Assembly (NCBI GenBank): GCA_965205865.1
Contig: CBDBHR010000029.1
Location: forward strand, 817,334 to 881,333
Direction of reading: 5' to 3'
Length of the DNA stretch: 64,000 nt
DNA from: a bacterium
Lineage (GTDB): Bacteria; SAR324; NAC60-12
Shown piece after piece: positions 39,533 through 49,136 of this stretch. How positions within the stretch are numbered: position 1 is the stretch's first letter; every line of letters begins with the position of its first letter. The notes beneath the pieces are model-generated. The model was not told the DNA's origin. It saw nothing but the letters and a program-made list of their open reading frames with translations, and did no database searches. The position numbers were made by a program, and so were the translations under genes.

Positions 39533-39961
39533 TTATCCTGAAAGGTTGCCCCAACTGGCAACCTTCAACATTCTGATCGCAATGACAGGAAGATCATTCA
39601 ACACCATGGCTTCATATTGCGGATATCGCTGTTTCAGTAATTCCTGAGCATGGTCATGTTCAACACCATTCTCGAGGATTTCTGCGCGACCCTGCAACAT
39701 TACCCATCCCAATTGTGACCAGTCGGTATCGTCATAGTGGTCAGCAACAAGAGCGACTTGTGGATTTTCCCGGATATTGCGAATTCTCTTCAGTATACGG
39801 TTTGTATTTTGCTTTGGTTTTTTATCTACGGTGATGTAAGCCGTGTTTCCATGCAGCGTAAAACAAACGGGTACAACATGTGGCTGGCATTGGAAATTTG
39901 CGGTGGCCAAGCGGGCCACTCGCCGGGTTTCTAAAAATTGGGATTCCTTTTCTGTGAGCAT
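39533..39961 (-). CDS. PPOX-class putative F420-dependent oxidoreductase (Rv0121-like)
   Basis: RVARLAT, PHVVPVCF, VDKKPK, LKRIRNIRENPQVAL.ADHY.DDWSQLGWV. Confidence 0.85.
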   Translation of the reverse strand: MLTEKESQFLETRRVARLATANFQCQPHVVPVCFTLHGNTAYITVDKKPKQNTNRILKRIRNIRENPQVALVADHYDDTDWSQLGWVMLQGRAEILENGVEHDHAQELLKQRYPQYEAMVLNDLPVIAIRMLKVASWGNLSG

Positions 39962-40135
39962 GGAATGATGCCAATGATTGTAGAAAAGACTTGGGACGGT
40001 TTTTAAAAGAATTATTCGACCATAAACGAAATTCAAGAAAAATTGAAGAAATGATGGTGGATTGTTTCAATTGCTTGTGAGAAAAAATGTTTTTCAGGCT
40101 GCTTACGAATCATCCAAACCTCGAAAGGAGAAGAG

Positions 40136-40609
40136 ATGTTAAATGCTTTTATGACTGGATTGCTCCAGATAGTTGTTTATTTCAGTATTGGATTGATTGC
40201 CCTCATGCTGGGGCGGAAATTCTTTGATTGGATCACTTCCTATGATTTGACCCATGAGACCTCGGAAAAGGACAATCGCGCGGTTTCCTGCGCGGAAGCC
40301 GGATTTTATATTGGGATCGCCATTATTATCCACGCTTCAGTGGCAGGAGAAGTCAATTATGCTTTGTTTCCATTTTTAGAGGGAGAGACCCCGAGTATCT
40401 GGGCAATTCTGGCTGCTGAACTGATCACAACGGTGCTTTATTTTTTAGCAGGGATCATCTGTCTGGGATTGGGACGCAAGGGGCTGCACAAAATCATTCC
40501 CTACGATATGGACAAAGAAATGGTGGAAGACCGTAATGTCGGTGTGGGATTACTGGAAGCAGGCTTTTACGTGTCTTCCGCAATTATCATACATGGCATT
40601 CTCATTTGA
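40136..40609 (+). CDS. DUF350 membrane protein
   Basis: Duplicated YDL..E...N.AV...AG.Y motif. Confidence 0.8.
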   Translation: MLNAFMTGLLQIVVYFSIGLIALMLGRKFFDWITSYDLTHETSEKDNRAVSCAEAGFYIGIAIIIHASVAGEVNYALFPFLEGETPSIWAILAAELITTVLYFLAGIICLGLGRKGLHKIIPYDMDKEMVEDRNVGVGLLEAGFYVSSAIIIHGILI

Positions 40610-40628
40610 TGGAAAAGAGGAAACGCAT

Positions 40629-40868
40629 TCAGTTCTTTTGAATGAAAAAGACATGCGCGTTTCCTTCCACCTCCGTTTTGAGAATTGAATTCCCGGTACG
40701 AGTACTCCAGGTTCTCATGTCACTGATGAAGCCCGGATCCGTCGAAGCCATTTTCAGCACTTGTCCGGGGGATAACTTGGACAACGCCTTTTTTGTTTGC
40801 AGCGCGGGCATCGGACAAGTGAGATTTCGGCAATCCAAATACTGATCAAAGTTCATATCTTGCCGCAT
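40629..40868 (-). CDS. TusA/SirA family sulfurtransferase
   Basis: LDCRNLTCPMP, STDPG. Confidence 0.92.
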   Translation of the reverse strand: MRQDMNFDQYLDCRNLTCPMPALQTKKALSKLSPGQVLKMASTDPGFISDMRTWSTRTGNSILKTEVEGNAHVFFIQKN

Positions 40869-40917
40869 TGACTTTTCTCCTTGCCAAATGGCATTTTACG
40901 TTGCTGATTGTTTTTTT

Positions 40918-41637
40918 TCAAAGATCGGTATGTAGCCCGCATTCTGTTTTTTCACACTGATTCCACCGGTCCTCTCTTCCATTGATTCCCACACCCTTTG
41001 TGCAGGGAACACATCCCAGGCTTTGATCTTTTCCTGAAATATGGAGAGGATGGACAGGGATTCGCTTTTTTTTCATATAAGTAAAAACTTCGTCGGAAGT
41101 CCAATCCAGGAAGGGATGGAGTTTATATATTTCCTTTTTTGTCAAGATGGCACGCGCAAAGCTGCTTCTCTGATGGGTCTGACTTTTGCGCACCGCGGAA
41201 ATCCACGCCCGAACGCCATACTGGTTGATATAGTCTTCCAGTGGTTGAACTTTATTCATGGCACAGCACAAATCGGGATTGGACAAGTACAATCTCCCAT
41301 GTTTTTTTAAAAAATCCTCTTTTGTGAGTTTTGGCAATGCTTCCACGAAATCCAGTTTCCTATAATTTGCTTTCAAGGTCTCGAAGTAATCCAGGGTTTC
41401 CTGAAACAAGAAACCGGTGTTGACAAAAACGACGCGGATGGGCAATTCGAGTTCGGACAAAAAATGAACCAGCACTCCTGAGCTGATACCGCAGGAGGTC
41501 GTAGCGATTAATTTGTCACCGAAAATATCATAGGCTTCCCGAATGAGCCGCGCCGTATCCAGGTGATTGAGTTTGCGCAATACAGCCTGTATTTGCGTAA
41601 AGTGCTCGCCAATCGGCATTTGATTCGACATGTTCAT
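40918..41637 (-). CDS. cysH: APS/PAPS reductase (Fe-S APS-type motifs)
   Basis: NTGFLFQET, CCAMNKV.PL, SLGCVPCT, ECGLH. Confidence 0.9.
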   Translation of the reverse strand: MNMSNQMPIGEHFTQIQAVLRKLNHLDTARLIREAYDIFGDKLIATTSCGISSGVLVHFLSELELPIRVVFVNTGFLFQETLDYFETLKANYRKLDFVEALPKLTKEDFLKKHGRLYLSNPDLCCAMNKVQPLEDYINQYGVRAWISAVRKSQTHQRSSFARAILTKKEIYKLHPFLDWTSDEVFTYMKKKRIPVHPLHISGKDQSLGCVPCTKGVGINGREDRWNQCEKTECGLHTDL

Positions 41638-41653
41638 GACTTCCATTTTGGCT

Positions 41654-43807
41654 TCAGGCAGCAACATCATTGGCGCTTTGGGCAATCCGGCTATAGACCA
41701 CATGCGCTTCCTCGACAAACAGGATCGCCTGTTCAATGGTATAGCGGATATTGGTTTCATCCAGCGATGCAAAATCTTCGTCCAGAGTTTTTAAATAGTA
41801 GGCAGCCGGTTTGGCAAAGAAGATGGACGTTTCCACAAAGTGGCTCTTGAAGGCATCGGCGGTCACATAATCTCCGAATTCTTCGTAGCCCTGAGTGAGT
41901 AGCAATGCTATTGAGGCTTTTTCCATCGAGGACTTTGCCAGCTGATAAGCTTCCCGGGACCGGCTTTCTTCCAGCATAATAGCCGCCTGCGCGTTATTTC
42001 GGTCGCATTCTTCCAATAAAAATTCAGTACGGGGCAGCAATACCCCGGCGCATTCACCTTTTTCCGTACTCAACTTGAATGCGGTTTCCTCTCCCACATC
42101 CGTGAAAAAATCGGGATTGTCTTCATAAGTGGGTAAGGTCATCAAATCGGCTAATTCCTCTTTGACTTTCTTTTTACCAACCCGTTCCACAAACTGAGAG
42201 AAACTTTCATCTACCTCTCCGAAGTTCTCATAAAAACGGTTCACCCGCTCAATGGCTTCCGGAATGCGGTGTGGGGATATTTTCCCGACAGCCAAGCCAT
42301 ACGATTGCGCGTTGCCGGAAGTGGTGCCTCCCAGAAGCATCTGAAATACGGGTGCAATCCGGCCTTCCTTGGATTGGGCCGAACCAAAGAAACCGAGATC
42401 GGCAATGTGGTGCTGTCCACAGGAATTGGGGCAACCACTGACTTTGATCTTCATTCCTGTTTTTTCACCCAGTTCGTACAATTCATTCTGAAATTGCTCG
42501 TGAAGCATGGTTGCAAGCCCCCTGGACGCGGTGATTCCCAGTTTGCAGGAATCGGTGCCCGGGCAGGCGGTGACATCACTGAGGGTGTTGCCGTAGCCAT
42601 GCAACCCCAACTGTTTGAGGTCTTCATATAGAAACGGCAACTCTGCATTCGAAACCCAGCGAAACACGATGTTTTGTTCCGCACTCAAGCGGATCGTGTC
42701 TTTAATATACTGGTGGGAAATCTCCACCAATCGGCGTAATTGATCGCCGGTGACATCGCCCAAAAGACAAAATATATGCGCGATGGAATATCCTTCCTGC
42801 TGTTGGGCTTCCACATTGTGTTGGAACCATTTTTTGAATTCGTCGCTCTGTGCTTCCAGATCCAGGGAAGACGGGGGTTTATAGGGAGATTCACTGTAAC
42901 TCGAGTACTTGGAGAAAATGCTGGCTCCCACTTTTTTACGGCCGATTTTGCTCCGTTCTTCTTCGATCATCTCACGCACCGGATCAATTCCGAGTTTATC
43001 CACTACAAATTTAAATCGTGCTCGATTGCGGTTGCGACGCTCCCCATGGCGAGTAAAAACCCGGGCAATGGCCTGAGCCACGGAAAAAAGCTCTTCCCGT
43101 GGAATAAATTCATACAATTGCCGGGCTTTTCGAGGGACAGCCCCCAAACCACCTCCGATGAGCAATTCAAATCCTGCCACCGGTTTTCCTTCAATTTGTC
43201 GTACTTGCGCAATGGCTCCGATGTCGTGCATGTGGGCCAGTCCACACATCTCATCGGCGCAGCCGGAGTATGAAATTTTGAATTTCCGACCGAAATCCTG
43301 AGCTTCGGGATGCTTCAATAAAAATTCAGACATGGCAAGAGCATCCGGGGTGGTATCAAACACGGCGGACGCGCAAACTCCACTTTTGGTGCATGCGCAA
43401 ACATTGCGGACCACGTTTCCGCACGCTTCCAAGGTCGTAATTCCCACTTGGGCCAGCCGTCTCAGTAATTCTGGCGTATCCCGGATGTTGACGTTATGAT
43501 ACTGGATATCCTGGCGAGTCGTGACATGCGAAACCCCATCCGCCAGTTCGTCAGACAAATCGGCCATGGTTTTCAACTGCTCAGTGGAGACCATGCCCAG
43601 AGGCAGTTTGATGCGTATCATCTGTTGATTTGGTTGGCGCTGTCCATAAACACCATGGCGCAGACGAAATTCCGTGAAAATCGCTTCCGGAACTTCTCCA
43701 TTCAGCCAACGGTTGAGTTCGGTTTCGTAGAGCTCCAAATACTTGGACAGATCTACTTCGTTAATAATGTGCTGCCAACTCTCTTGGGTGTGTTCAATTG
43801 CTGTCAT
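41654..43807 (-). CDS. Ferredoxin-type sulfite/nitrite reductase with C-terminal HEPN-like domain
   Basis: GVYGQR, TTRQDIQ, RNV, RKFKI, ACPG..SC, SGCPNSCGQH. Confidence 0.9.
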   Translation of the reverse strand: MTAIEHTQESWQHIINEVDLSKYLELYETELNRWLNGEVPEAIFTEFRLRHGVYGQRQPNQQMIRIKLPLGMVSTEQLKTMADLSDELADGVSHVTTRQDIQYHNVNIRDTPELLRRLAQVGITTLEACGNVVRNVCACTKSGVCASAVFDTTPDALAMSEFLLKHPEAQDFGRKFKISYSGCADEMCGLAHMHDIGAIAQVRQIEGKPVAGFELLIGGGLGAVPRKARQLYEFIPREELFSVAQAIARVFTRHGERRNRNRARFKFVVDKLGIDPVREMIEEERSKIGRKKVGASIFSKYSSYSESPYKPPSSLDLEAQSDEFKKWFQHNVEAQQQEGYSIAHIFCLLGDVTGDQLRRLVEISHQYIKDTIRLSAEQNIVFRWVSNAELPFLYEDLKQLGLHGYGNTLSDVTACPGTDSCKLGITASRGLATMLHEQFQNELYELGEKTGMKIKVSGCPNSCGQHHIADLGFFGSAQSKEGRIAPVFQMLLGGTTSGNAQSYGLAVGKISPHRIPEAIERVNRFYENFGEVDESFSQFVERVGKKKVKEELADLMTLPTYEDNPDFFTDVGEETAFKLSTEKGECAGVLLPRTEFLLEECDRNNAQAAIMLEESRSREAYQLAKSSMEKASIALLLTQGYEEFGDYVTADAFKSHFVETSIFFAKPAAYYLKTLDEDFASLDETNIRYTIEQAILFVEEAHVVYSRIAQSANDVAA

Positions 43808-43866
43808 GTTTACCTTTTGAAAAATTCCTTTCTCCCAGACCTCTCCAGTTGTGGGAGCTTTTATAA

Positions 43867-44322
43867 TTAAATATAATAAATGAAACCCTGGTTGTTCCGA
43901 GAACTCACTTTGGCTTCCCGTCTCAGAATATCCTGCATACTGATAGTGTCTAAAACCCTGGCTATTGCTTCCTGAACTTCGGCCCATACTCCAAAAAAAT
44001 GAAGGCGACCTTCTCCCACGGATTGCAAATGAGTCAGGGGATCCGAATGTTCCGGAGAGAACCAGCGTTTATCAACCAAGCGAATGATATCCCCCAAAAA
44101 AATTTCATCCGGTGGCTTTGCCAGAGCATAACCCCCACTTGGCCCTTTTCTGCTTTCCACATATCCTGCTTTTTTCAACTGTAACATGATTTGTTCGAGA
44201 TACTTGTTCGGGATATCTTGAGCTTTGGAAAGATCCGAGACCCGTACCAGTTTGTTGTTGTAATAATGCGATAGCTCCAAAACTGCGCGCAGCGCATAAT
44301 TACATCGGGTTGAGCGCTTCAT
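43867..44322 (-). CDS. Rrf2 family regulator (CymR-like, no Cys triad)
   Basis: YALRAVLEL, YLEQIM..LK..G.VESRKG..GGY.LAK. Confidence 0.92.
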   Translation of the reverse strand: MKRSTRCNYALRAVLELSHYYNNKLVRVSDLSKAQDIPNKYLEQIMLQLKKAGYVESRKGPSGGYALAKPPDEIFLGDIIRLVDKRWFSPEHSDPLTHLQSVGEGRLHFFGVWAEVQEAIARVLDTISMQDILRREAKVSSRNNQGFIYYI

Positions 44323-44433
44323 ATGCACTCCTTCATTATCTGAGTAAATTAATATGAAATTTAAACGAATAAGTCAAGATTTATTTTTTTATTTTTTAAT
44401 ATAAATTATATCAGTGTCTTATAGATTTATAAT

Positions 44434-44517
44434 AACATACTAAAAAAATAGGAAATTCTAATTTATCTCTTGAAAACACCTCATCTTAGCTATAAACATA
44501 CTAAAAAACTAGGAAAT
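44434..44517. promoter_or_regulatory. Two 23-bp near-identical boxes, probable Rrf2 operators
   Basis: aacatactaaaaaaataggaaat (44434-44456) and aacatactaaaaaactaggaaat (44495-44517). Confidence 0.6.
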
Positions 44518-44636
44518 AATGAGAGTGCCAGTCAAGAAATTCAGACAAAATTCATCCTTTGGCAGGAGGGATTGTGGCAGGATTTGAGTAGAGCGCATAA
44601 GAAACTCTGCCGTGAGACGCCCTGTTCATTAGCGAC

Positions 44637-46133
44637 TCAGGGTTGAAACGAAAAGCAAACATTGCGTGCTTGTTCCAATTGATTCCTCGCTTGTTGCAGG
44701 AACCGGGAATGCTCTGTGAGGGAATTGGAAAGCGCTTCGATTTGGGTTGGTAAGGATTCCGGATTGGGAGCGCCCTGGTGTTGCCGTTGTTTGAGAAGGG
44801 AGGAAGGATCATTCAGGGAATCGACCGTTTCCGGAGAAATTTCCCCAAGGCAACCAGATTCCCGCATAGCATGCTGTAAAGCGGGGTGCGTGATACGGCC
44901 GGCTTCCTGGGAATATTTAACGGCCAACGCTAAAACATGGTAACACTCCCGGAACGGCATATCGAGGGTACGTGCCAGATAATCAGCCACATCAACGGCA
45001 TTGACAAACCCTTCCTGACAATACTGGCGCATCACCTCTTCATGTACCGTTAAACCCTCGAAAACACTTTTGAGGATCAAAGGGGCTGGCTCACATTCAC
45101 GAATGACGTCCATCACCAGGTATTTGGTTAGCTGCGTATCCCGATTGAAGCCGCTCAAGCTTCCCTTTTGAATGCCCAACAGGCTCATCAGGATTCCGTG
45201 GCTCAACGATGCTTTGGCTTTAATCACTTCTGCAAAATCAGGATTTTTTTTCTGGGGCATGATGGAAGATCCCGTGACCATGCTCTCTTCAATTTCTATC
45301 ATTCCTATATAGGGTGAACTGAGGAAAATCAAATCCTGGGCTATAGTACTCAGATGATTCATCAACACGGCATAGGTTTGCGTCAGTTGCGCTTCATTTT
45401 CCCAACGAGAGACAATGCAGTCCAAGGTATTGGTGTCGACACAATCGAACCCCAGCAGATCCGAGGTCCGTTGACGGTTGATCTGCCATGAAGTGCCGAA
45501 AGACGCTGCAGCTCCCAACGGATTTCGGTTGATCAATTGGTAGGTAAAACCAACCCGCTCCAAGTCCCGACAGATCCCCTGGACATAAGAACACACCCAA
45601 TGCCCCCAGCTGGTCACCATTCCAGGCTGATAATGAGTGAATCCGGGCATGGCGGTTTGGACATGCTTTTTCGCGTGAGCGAGCAAGGCTGTGGAAAACG
45701 TGGTCGAATTCGCTCCCAATTGTAAGCATGCCTCACGCATGTAAAGCCGCATGTCACAGACGATTTGATCGTTGCGACTCCGCCCTGTATGCAGGGTTCC
45801 CCCAACCGCAAGCCCATATTTTTCCGTCAGGTACGATTCGATATTGAGATGCGCATCCTCTTTTTGAGGATCCAATGCGAATTGACCGGCCTCTATCATT
45901 TCCTCCAACTCAGCAAGCCCTTGCAGAATCAGGGAGAGGGTCTGCGAAGTCATGATTTTTTGTTCATAGAGCATGATCGCGTGGGCGCGATTGGTCCAAA
46001 GATCATAAGGCAGCAACACGTCATCGGCCATTGGTAAGGATTGCACGTCCCGTCCTGCGCAAAAAAGGACATTTTGTTCGGCAGGGTTCCGCTTCAGATG
46101 GCTGCTCCAAATCTGTTGTTTGTTTCCGGTCAT
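44637..46133 (-). CDS. argH: Argininosuccinate lyase
   Basis: HTGRSRNDQ, MPGFTH.Q, TGSSIMPQKKNPD. Confidence 0.93.
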   Translation of the reverse strand: MTGNKQQIWSSHLKRNPAEQNVLFCAGRDVQSLPMADDVLLPYDLWTNRAHAIMLYEQKIMTSQTLSLILQGLAELEEMIEAGQFALDPQKEDAHLNIESYLTEKYGLAVGGTLHTGRSRNDQIVCDMRLYMREACLQLGANSTTFSTALLAHAKKHVQTAMPGFTHYQPGMVTSWGHWVCSYVQGICRDLERVGFTYQLINRNPLGAAASFGTSWQINRQRTSDLLGFDCVDTNTLDCIVSRWENEAQLTQTYAVLMNHLSTIAQDLIFLSSPYIGMIEIEESMVTGSSIMPQKKNPDFAEVIKAKASLSHGILMSLLGIQKGSLSGFNRDTQLTKYLVMDVIRECEPAPLILKSVFEGLTVHEEVMRQYCQEGFVNAVDVADYLARTLDMPFRECYHVLALAVKYSQEAGRITHPALQHAMRESGCLGEISPETVDSLNDPSSLLKQRQHQGAPNPESLPTQIEALSNSLTEHSRFLQQARNQLEQARNVCFSFQP

Positions 46134-46361
46134 GTTGTCCCGTGGGAAAGGAAACGCTTCCGCGAAGGGATCGTCAAACGCGTGATGGATTGGTCTCCGT
46201 TTTGCATTTGTTCATATAATTGCTGCAATCAGCCTACACCAAAATCAGAAAAAAAACAGATTTTCCACAGAGAAAGTCCAGTGACAGGGACTCGTTTCTC
46301 ATCCTCCAAATTTCTCGAATTTAAAAATCACGATGGAGGTTCAGGAAACAAGAAGGGTAAC

Positions 46362-46661
46362 GTGAAAAGCATCACACCGGACAATCATCGCCAAAGTTTC
46401 TCTGAAAAGGACGGGAAGTTCAGGACGGAAAATAGAAAACCGGATGACAACTCGGCATTCCAGCAGACTTTGCAATCGAGCATTGAACGGATGAATGACA
46501 TTTCAGAGCGAGCGGATGCGGCTTTACAATCTCTTCCCGGTACCAATCAAGACGAATTTGAATCCATCATCGAGCAGGCCTGTTCCATCCACCGCAGGAT
46601 GATGCAGGTACAGTACAATTTAGCAACCCTGTATCAAAAAATGAAAGTCAACAAAAAATAG
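46362..46661 (+). CDS. Small helical protein, FliE-like
   Basis: F...L...I..MN....AD...MMQVQ.NL..LYQKM resembles the FliE pattern; GTG start inferred. Confidence 0.45.
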   Translation: MKSITPDNHRQSFSEKDGKFRTENRKPDDNSAFQQTLQSSIERMNDISERADAALQSLPGTNQDEFESIIEQACSIHRRMMQVQYNLATLYQKMKVNKK

Positions 46662-46670
46662 GGAACGAAT

Positions 46671-47468
46671 ATGAATGCGCAGAGGGATGAAGGGGTCAGC
46701 AGAGATATCTCGGTCGAAGTAGCCGACTATGTAGCGCGTGTCGAGATTCGCCGTCCACCCAATAACTTTTTCGACTTCACTCTCATTCATGAACTTGCAG
46801 ACGTCTACGAGTCACTTGATGCGCGTGAGGACTGCCGCGCCATCGTACTCTGCTCGCAAGGCAAACACTTTTGCGCCGGTGCGGAACTGACAGCGCAACA
46901 ATCGTGGGGAAAAGAGCGGCTCGAAAGCCAAGCTGGTAACCTTTATATGGAAGCGGTGCGCTTGTTTCGCGCTTCGACACCCGTTGTCGCAGCCGTGCAT
47001 GGAGCCGCCATCGGAGGTGGACTGGGACTGGCGTTGTCCGCCGATTTTCGGGTTACTTGTCCCGAAGCGCGCTTTTCCGCCAATTTTGCCCGTCTCGGCT
47101 TCCATCACGGCTTCGGTCTGAGTGTCACCTTACCACGCATAATCGGTCATGCCCGTGCCGAAATGCTCTTGCTCACCGGTCGTCGCGTGAAAGGCGAGGA
47201 GGCTTTGGCGATGGGTCTGGCCGAAGAATTGGTTCCGCGTGATTCGCTGCGCTCGCGCTCGCACGCTCTTGCCTCGGAGATTGCCGAGTCGGCCCCGCTT
47301 TCCCTGCGCGAAATCCGCGCTACCATGCGCGCTGCTCTTGCCGACGAAGTGGCACGGGCTACTGAGCACGAACTCGCCGTGCAAAGCGAGCTTGGCGCCA
47401 CCTCCGATTTTCGTGAAGGAGTCCGGGCGATGGCAGAGAGGCGCGCCCCGCGGTTCACCGGATCTTGA
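46671..47468 (+). CDS. Enoyl-CoA hydratase/isomerase family
   Basis: FCAGAEL, AVHGAAIGGGLGLA, DFREGV. Confidence 0.92.
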   Translation: MNAQRDEGVSRDISVEVADYVARVEIRRPPNNFFDFTLIHELADVYESLDAREDCRAIVLCSQGKHFCAGAELTAQQSWGKERLESQAGNLYMEAVRLFRASTPVVAAVHGAAIGGGLGLALSADFRVTCPEARFSANFARLGFHHGFGLSVTLPRIIGHARAEMLLLTGRRVKGEEALAMGLAEELVPRDSLRSRSHALASEIAESAPLSLREIRATMRAALADEVARATEHELAVQSELGATSDFREGVRAMAERRAPRFTGS

Positions 47469-47668
47469 CCCGACATTCGCCGGTTTATGCGGGAAAAACA
47501 GGATTTAGCAAAATCGTATCAGAAATTGAAAGTTGGCGGAAAACAGGAAAAGGCGCGGATTGCCGATGCTACAGGAATATCCCTCGGGGACCGGATGGCA
47601 TCCTTTACCGAAGAAGCGCGTGCTGACCTTGCACTCGATCGCCTGATCACGGTGGCATAAAACCGTCT

Positions 47669-47869
47669 TCAATCTCGAATTGTATGAAGTTTAATTACTT
47701 TTTGCTCCAGTTTGTCCAAGCGATTTTCAAGCGCTTCCAGAAATTTCAATAGGGCCGGAGAAATATTCAACTCTTGGGCTCTGTCTTCACTTTGCTGCCG
47801 CGCTTTTTCCTTGACAGCGGCTTCCATCTTCTTTTGAAGATCCAACAATTTCCCGGATTCGTCCATCAC
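47669..47869 (-). CDS. Small coiled-coil hypothetical protein
   Basis: 66-aa ORF with GGAGG SD. Confidence 0.55.
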   Translation of the reverse strand: MMDESGKLLDLQKKMEAAVKEKARQQSEDRAQELNISPALLKFLEALENRLDKLEQKVIKLHTIRD

Positions 47870-47875
47870 TTCCTC

Positions 47876-47947
47876 CTTCAGTATCCTCTGATCGATTGGG
47901 CGGAAACCCTCCCACGGTATTCTCTGATCGATTGGTCGGGAACCCTC
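47876..47947 (-). repeat. Tandem pair of the 36-bp dispersed repeat (intergenic)
   Basis: gagggttcccgaccaatcgatcagagaataccgtgg / gagggtttccgcccaatcgatcagaggatactgaag. Confidence 0.85.
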
Positions 47948-47951
47948 CTAT

Positions 47952-49037
47952 TCAGGGCCGTATTTCATAGTAAAGATTGGCCGGGTCGTCAAAATCATGC
48001 TCCTTGAATTGGGTGAAGCCGGCCTCGCTGGTCATTTTGCGGGCGACTTCCGGATTGAATCCCAGCGTGCCCAATCCCATACCATCAGGCTCCGACATGG
48101 CGGAAGACATGCACGAGGCGACAGAAAACCCGTACATCATGGCCAACACCGGATTTTTCATGTTTTCTTCGAAATCGGGGTGGCTTCTGATGTCTTTGAT
48201 CAGCCAGGTTCCTTCCGGTTTGAGAGCTTTGTGAATGGCGGCGATGACTTTGTCCGGTCGTGTCATATCATGGAGACAATCCAAGGTGATTAAAAAGTCA
48301 TAGGTGGGTTCCTCCGGCAAATCCTCACCCCGCGCCACGTGGAACGTCACATTCTCCACCCCCGCTTCAGCTGCCCTCTCCTCTGCCTGTTCGATGGCAA
48401 AAGAAGAGGTATCGTAGCCATGAAATTCCGCGTGAGGGAAGGCTTTGGCAAGTACGGTCAAAGCTACGCCCGCACCGCAGCCGACATCAGCGGCGATTCC
48501 CCCATGCTTCAATTTAGGCACGACTCCCTCCAGAGCCGGTAAAATGGTAGGAACGAGCGCCAGTCGCGACCAAGGCCCCAGCGTGCGAGCAATTTGGCGT
48601 GCCGTGGTCGGACCCAGATCCTGATAGGTCAATCCAATTCCCGTGCGAAATGCCCCTGCAAGACACTCAACGATATCCGGATGCAAAGGTTCGCCAAAAG
48701 CGCCCGTTGCAAACCACAAACTACTTTCCTCATTTACCAGGACTTCCCGGCCAATGGCGGTCAATTCAAAGCGATCCCCCGATTCGCGTTCCAATAAACC
48801 TGCAGCCGCTTGGCTGCGCAACCACTCCAGTAGCCAGCGTTCGTGCAAACCAGTGTGCTCTGCCAGTGCCTTTGCAGTCATATACCCGCCTCCATCCATT
48901 GCTCGATAAAGCCCCAAGCGGTCTCCCAGATGGATCATTAAAGAGACCATTTCCCCTTCCTTGTATTTCCAGACTTTCAGGGAAAACTCCTCCAATTCTT
49001 CCTGATCCAGTTCTTTTTTTTCGACTTTTTCCACCAT
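47952..49037 (-). CDS. Class I SAM-dependent methyltransferase with N-terminal wHTH (Rv2258c-like)
   Basis: LGDRLGLY, ERWLLEWL, ADVGCGAG, DCLHDM. Confidence 0.9.
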   Translation of the reverse strand: MVEKVEKKELDQEELEEFSLKVWKYKEGEMVSLMIHLGDRLGLYRAMDGGGYMTAKALAEHTGLHERWLLEWLRSQAAAGLLERESGDRFELTAIGREVLVNEESSLWFATGAFGEPLHPDIVECLAGAFRTGIGLTYQDLGPTTARQIARTLGPWSRLALVPTILPALEGVVPKLKHGGIAADVGCGAGVALTVLAKAFPHAEFHGYDTSSFAIEQAEERAAEAGVENVTFHVARGEDLPEEPTYDFLITLDCLHDMTRPDKVIAAIHKALKPEGTWLIKDIRSHPDFEENMKNPVLAMMYGFSVASCMSSAMSEPDGMGLGTLGFNPEVARKMTSEAGFTQFKEHDFDDPANLYYEIRP

Positions 49038-49136
49038 GTTATTGCTCTATTTATTGAAGTTGGAAGATACTTTTTATTGCTGTTTTTTCCAATCCCTTCT
49101 GATAAAAAGTGGTACCACCACATCGGCGTACCGTCT

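Noticed and set aside
41638-43987. ORF-track N-terminal extensions of cysH and the sulfite reductase (also secE, rpmG, 46041)
   Set aside because: They overlap neighbouring genes or tRNAs; downstream starts fit better
25274-44322. Selenocysteine read-through in the sulfur genes, prompted by mnmH
   Set aside because: Catalytic positions carry Cys; SoxY ends in TAG; no in-frame TGA at a motif position was seen
47487-47660. 57-aa ORF after the enoyl-CoA hydratase
   Set aside because: No clear ribosome-binding site or recognisable motif
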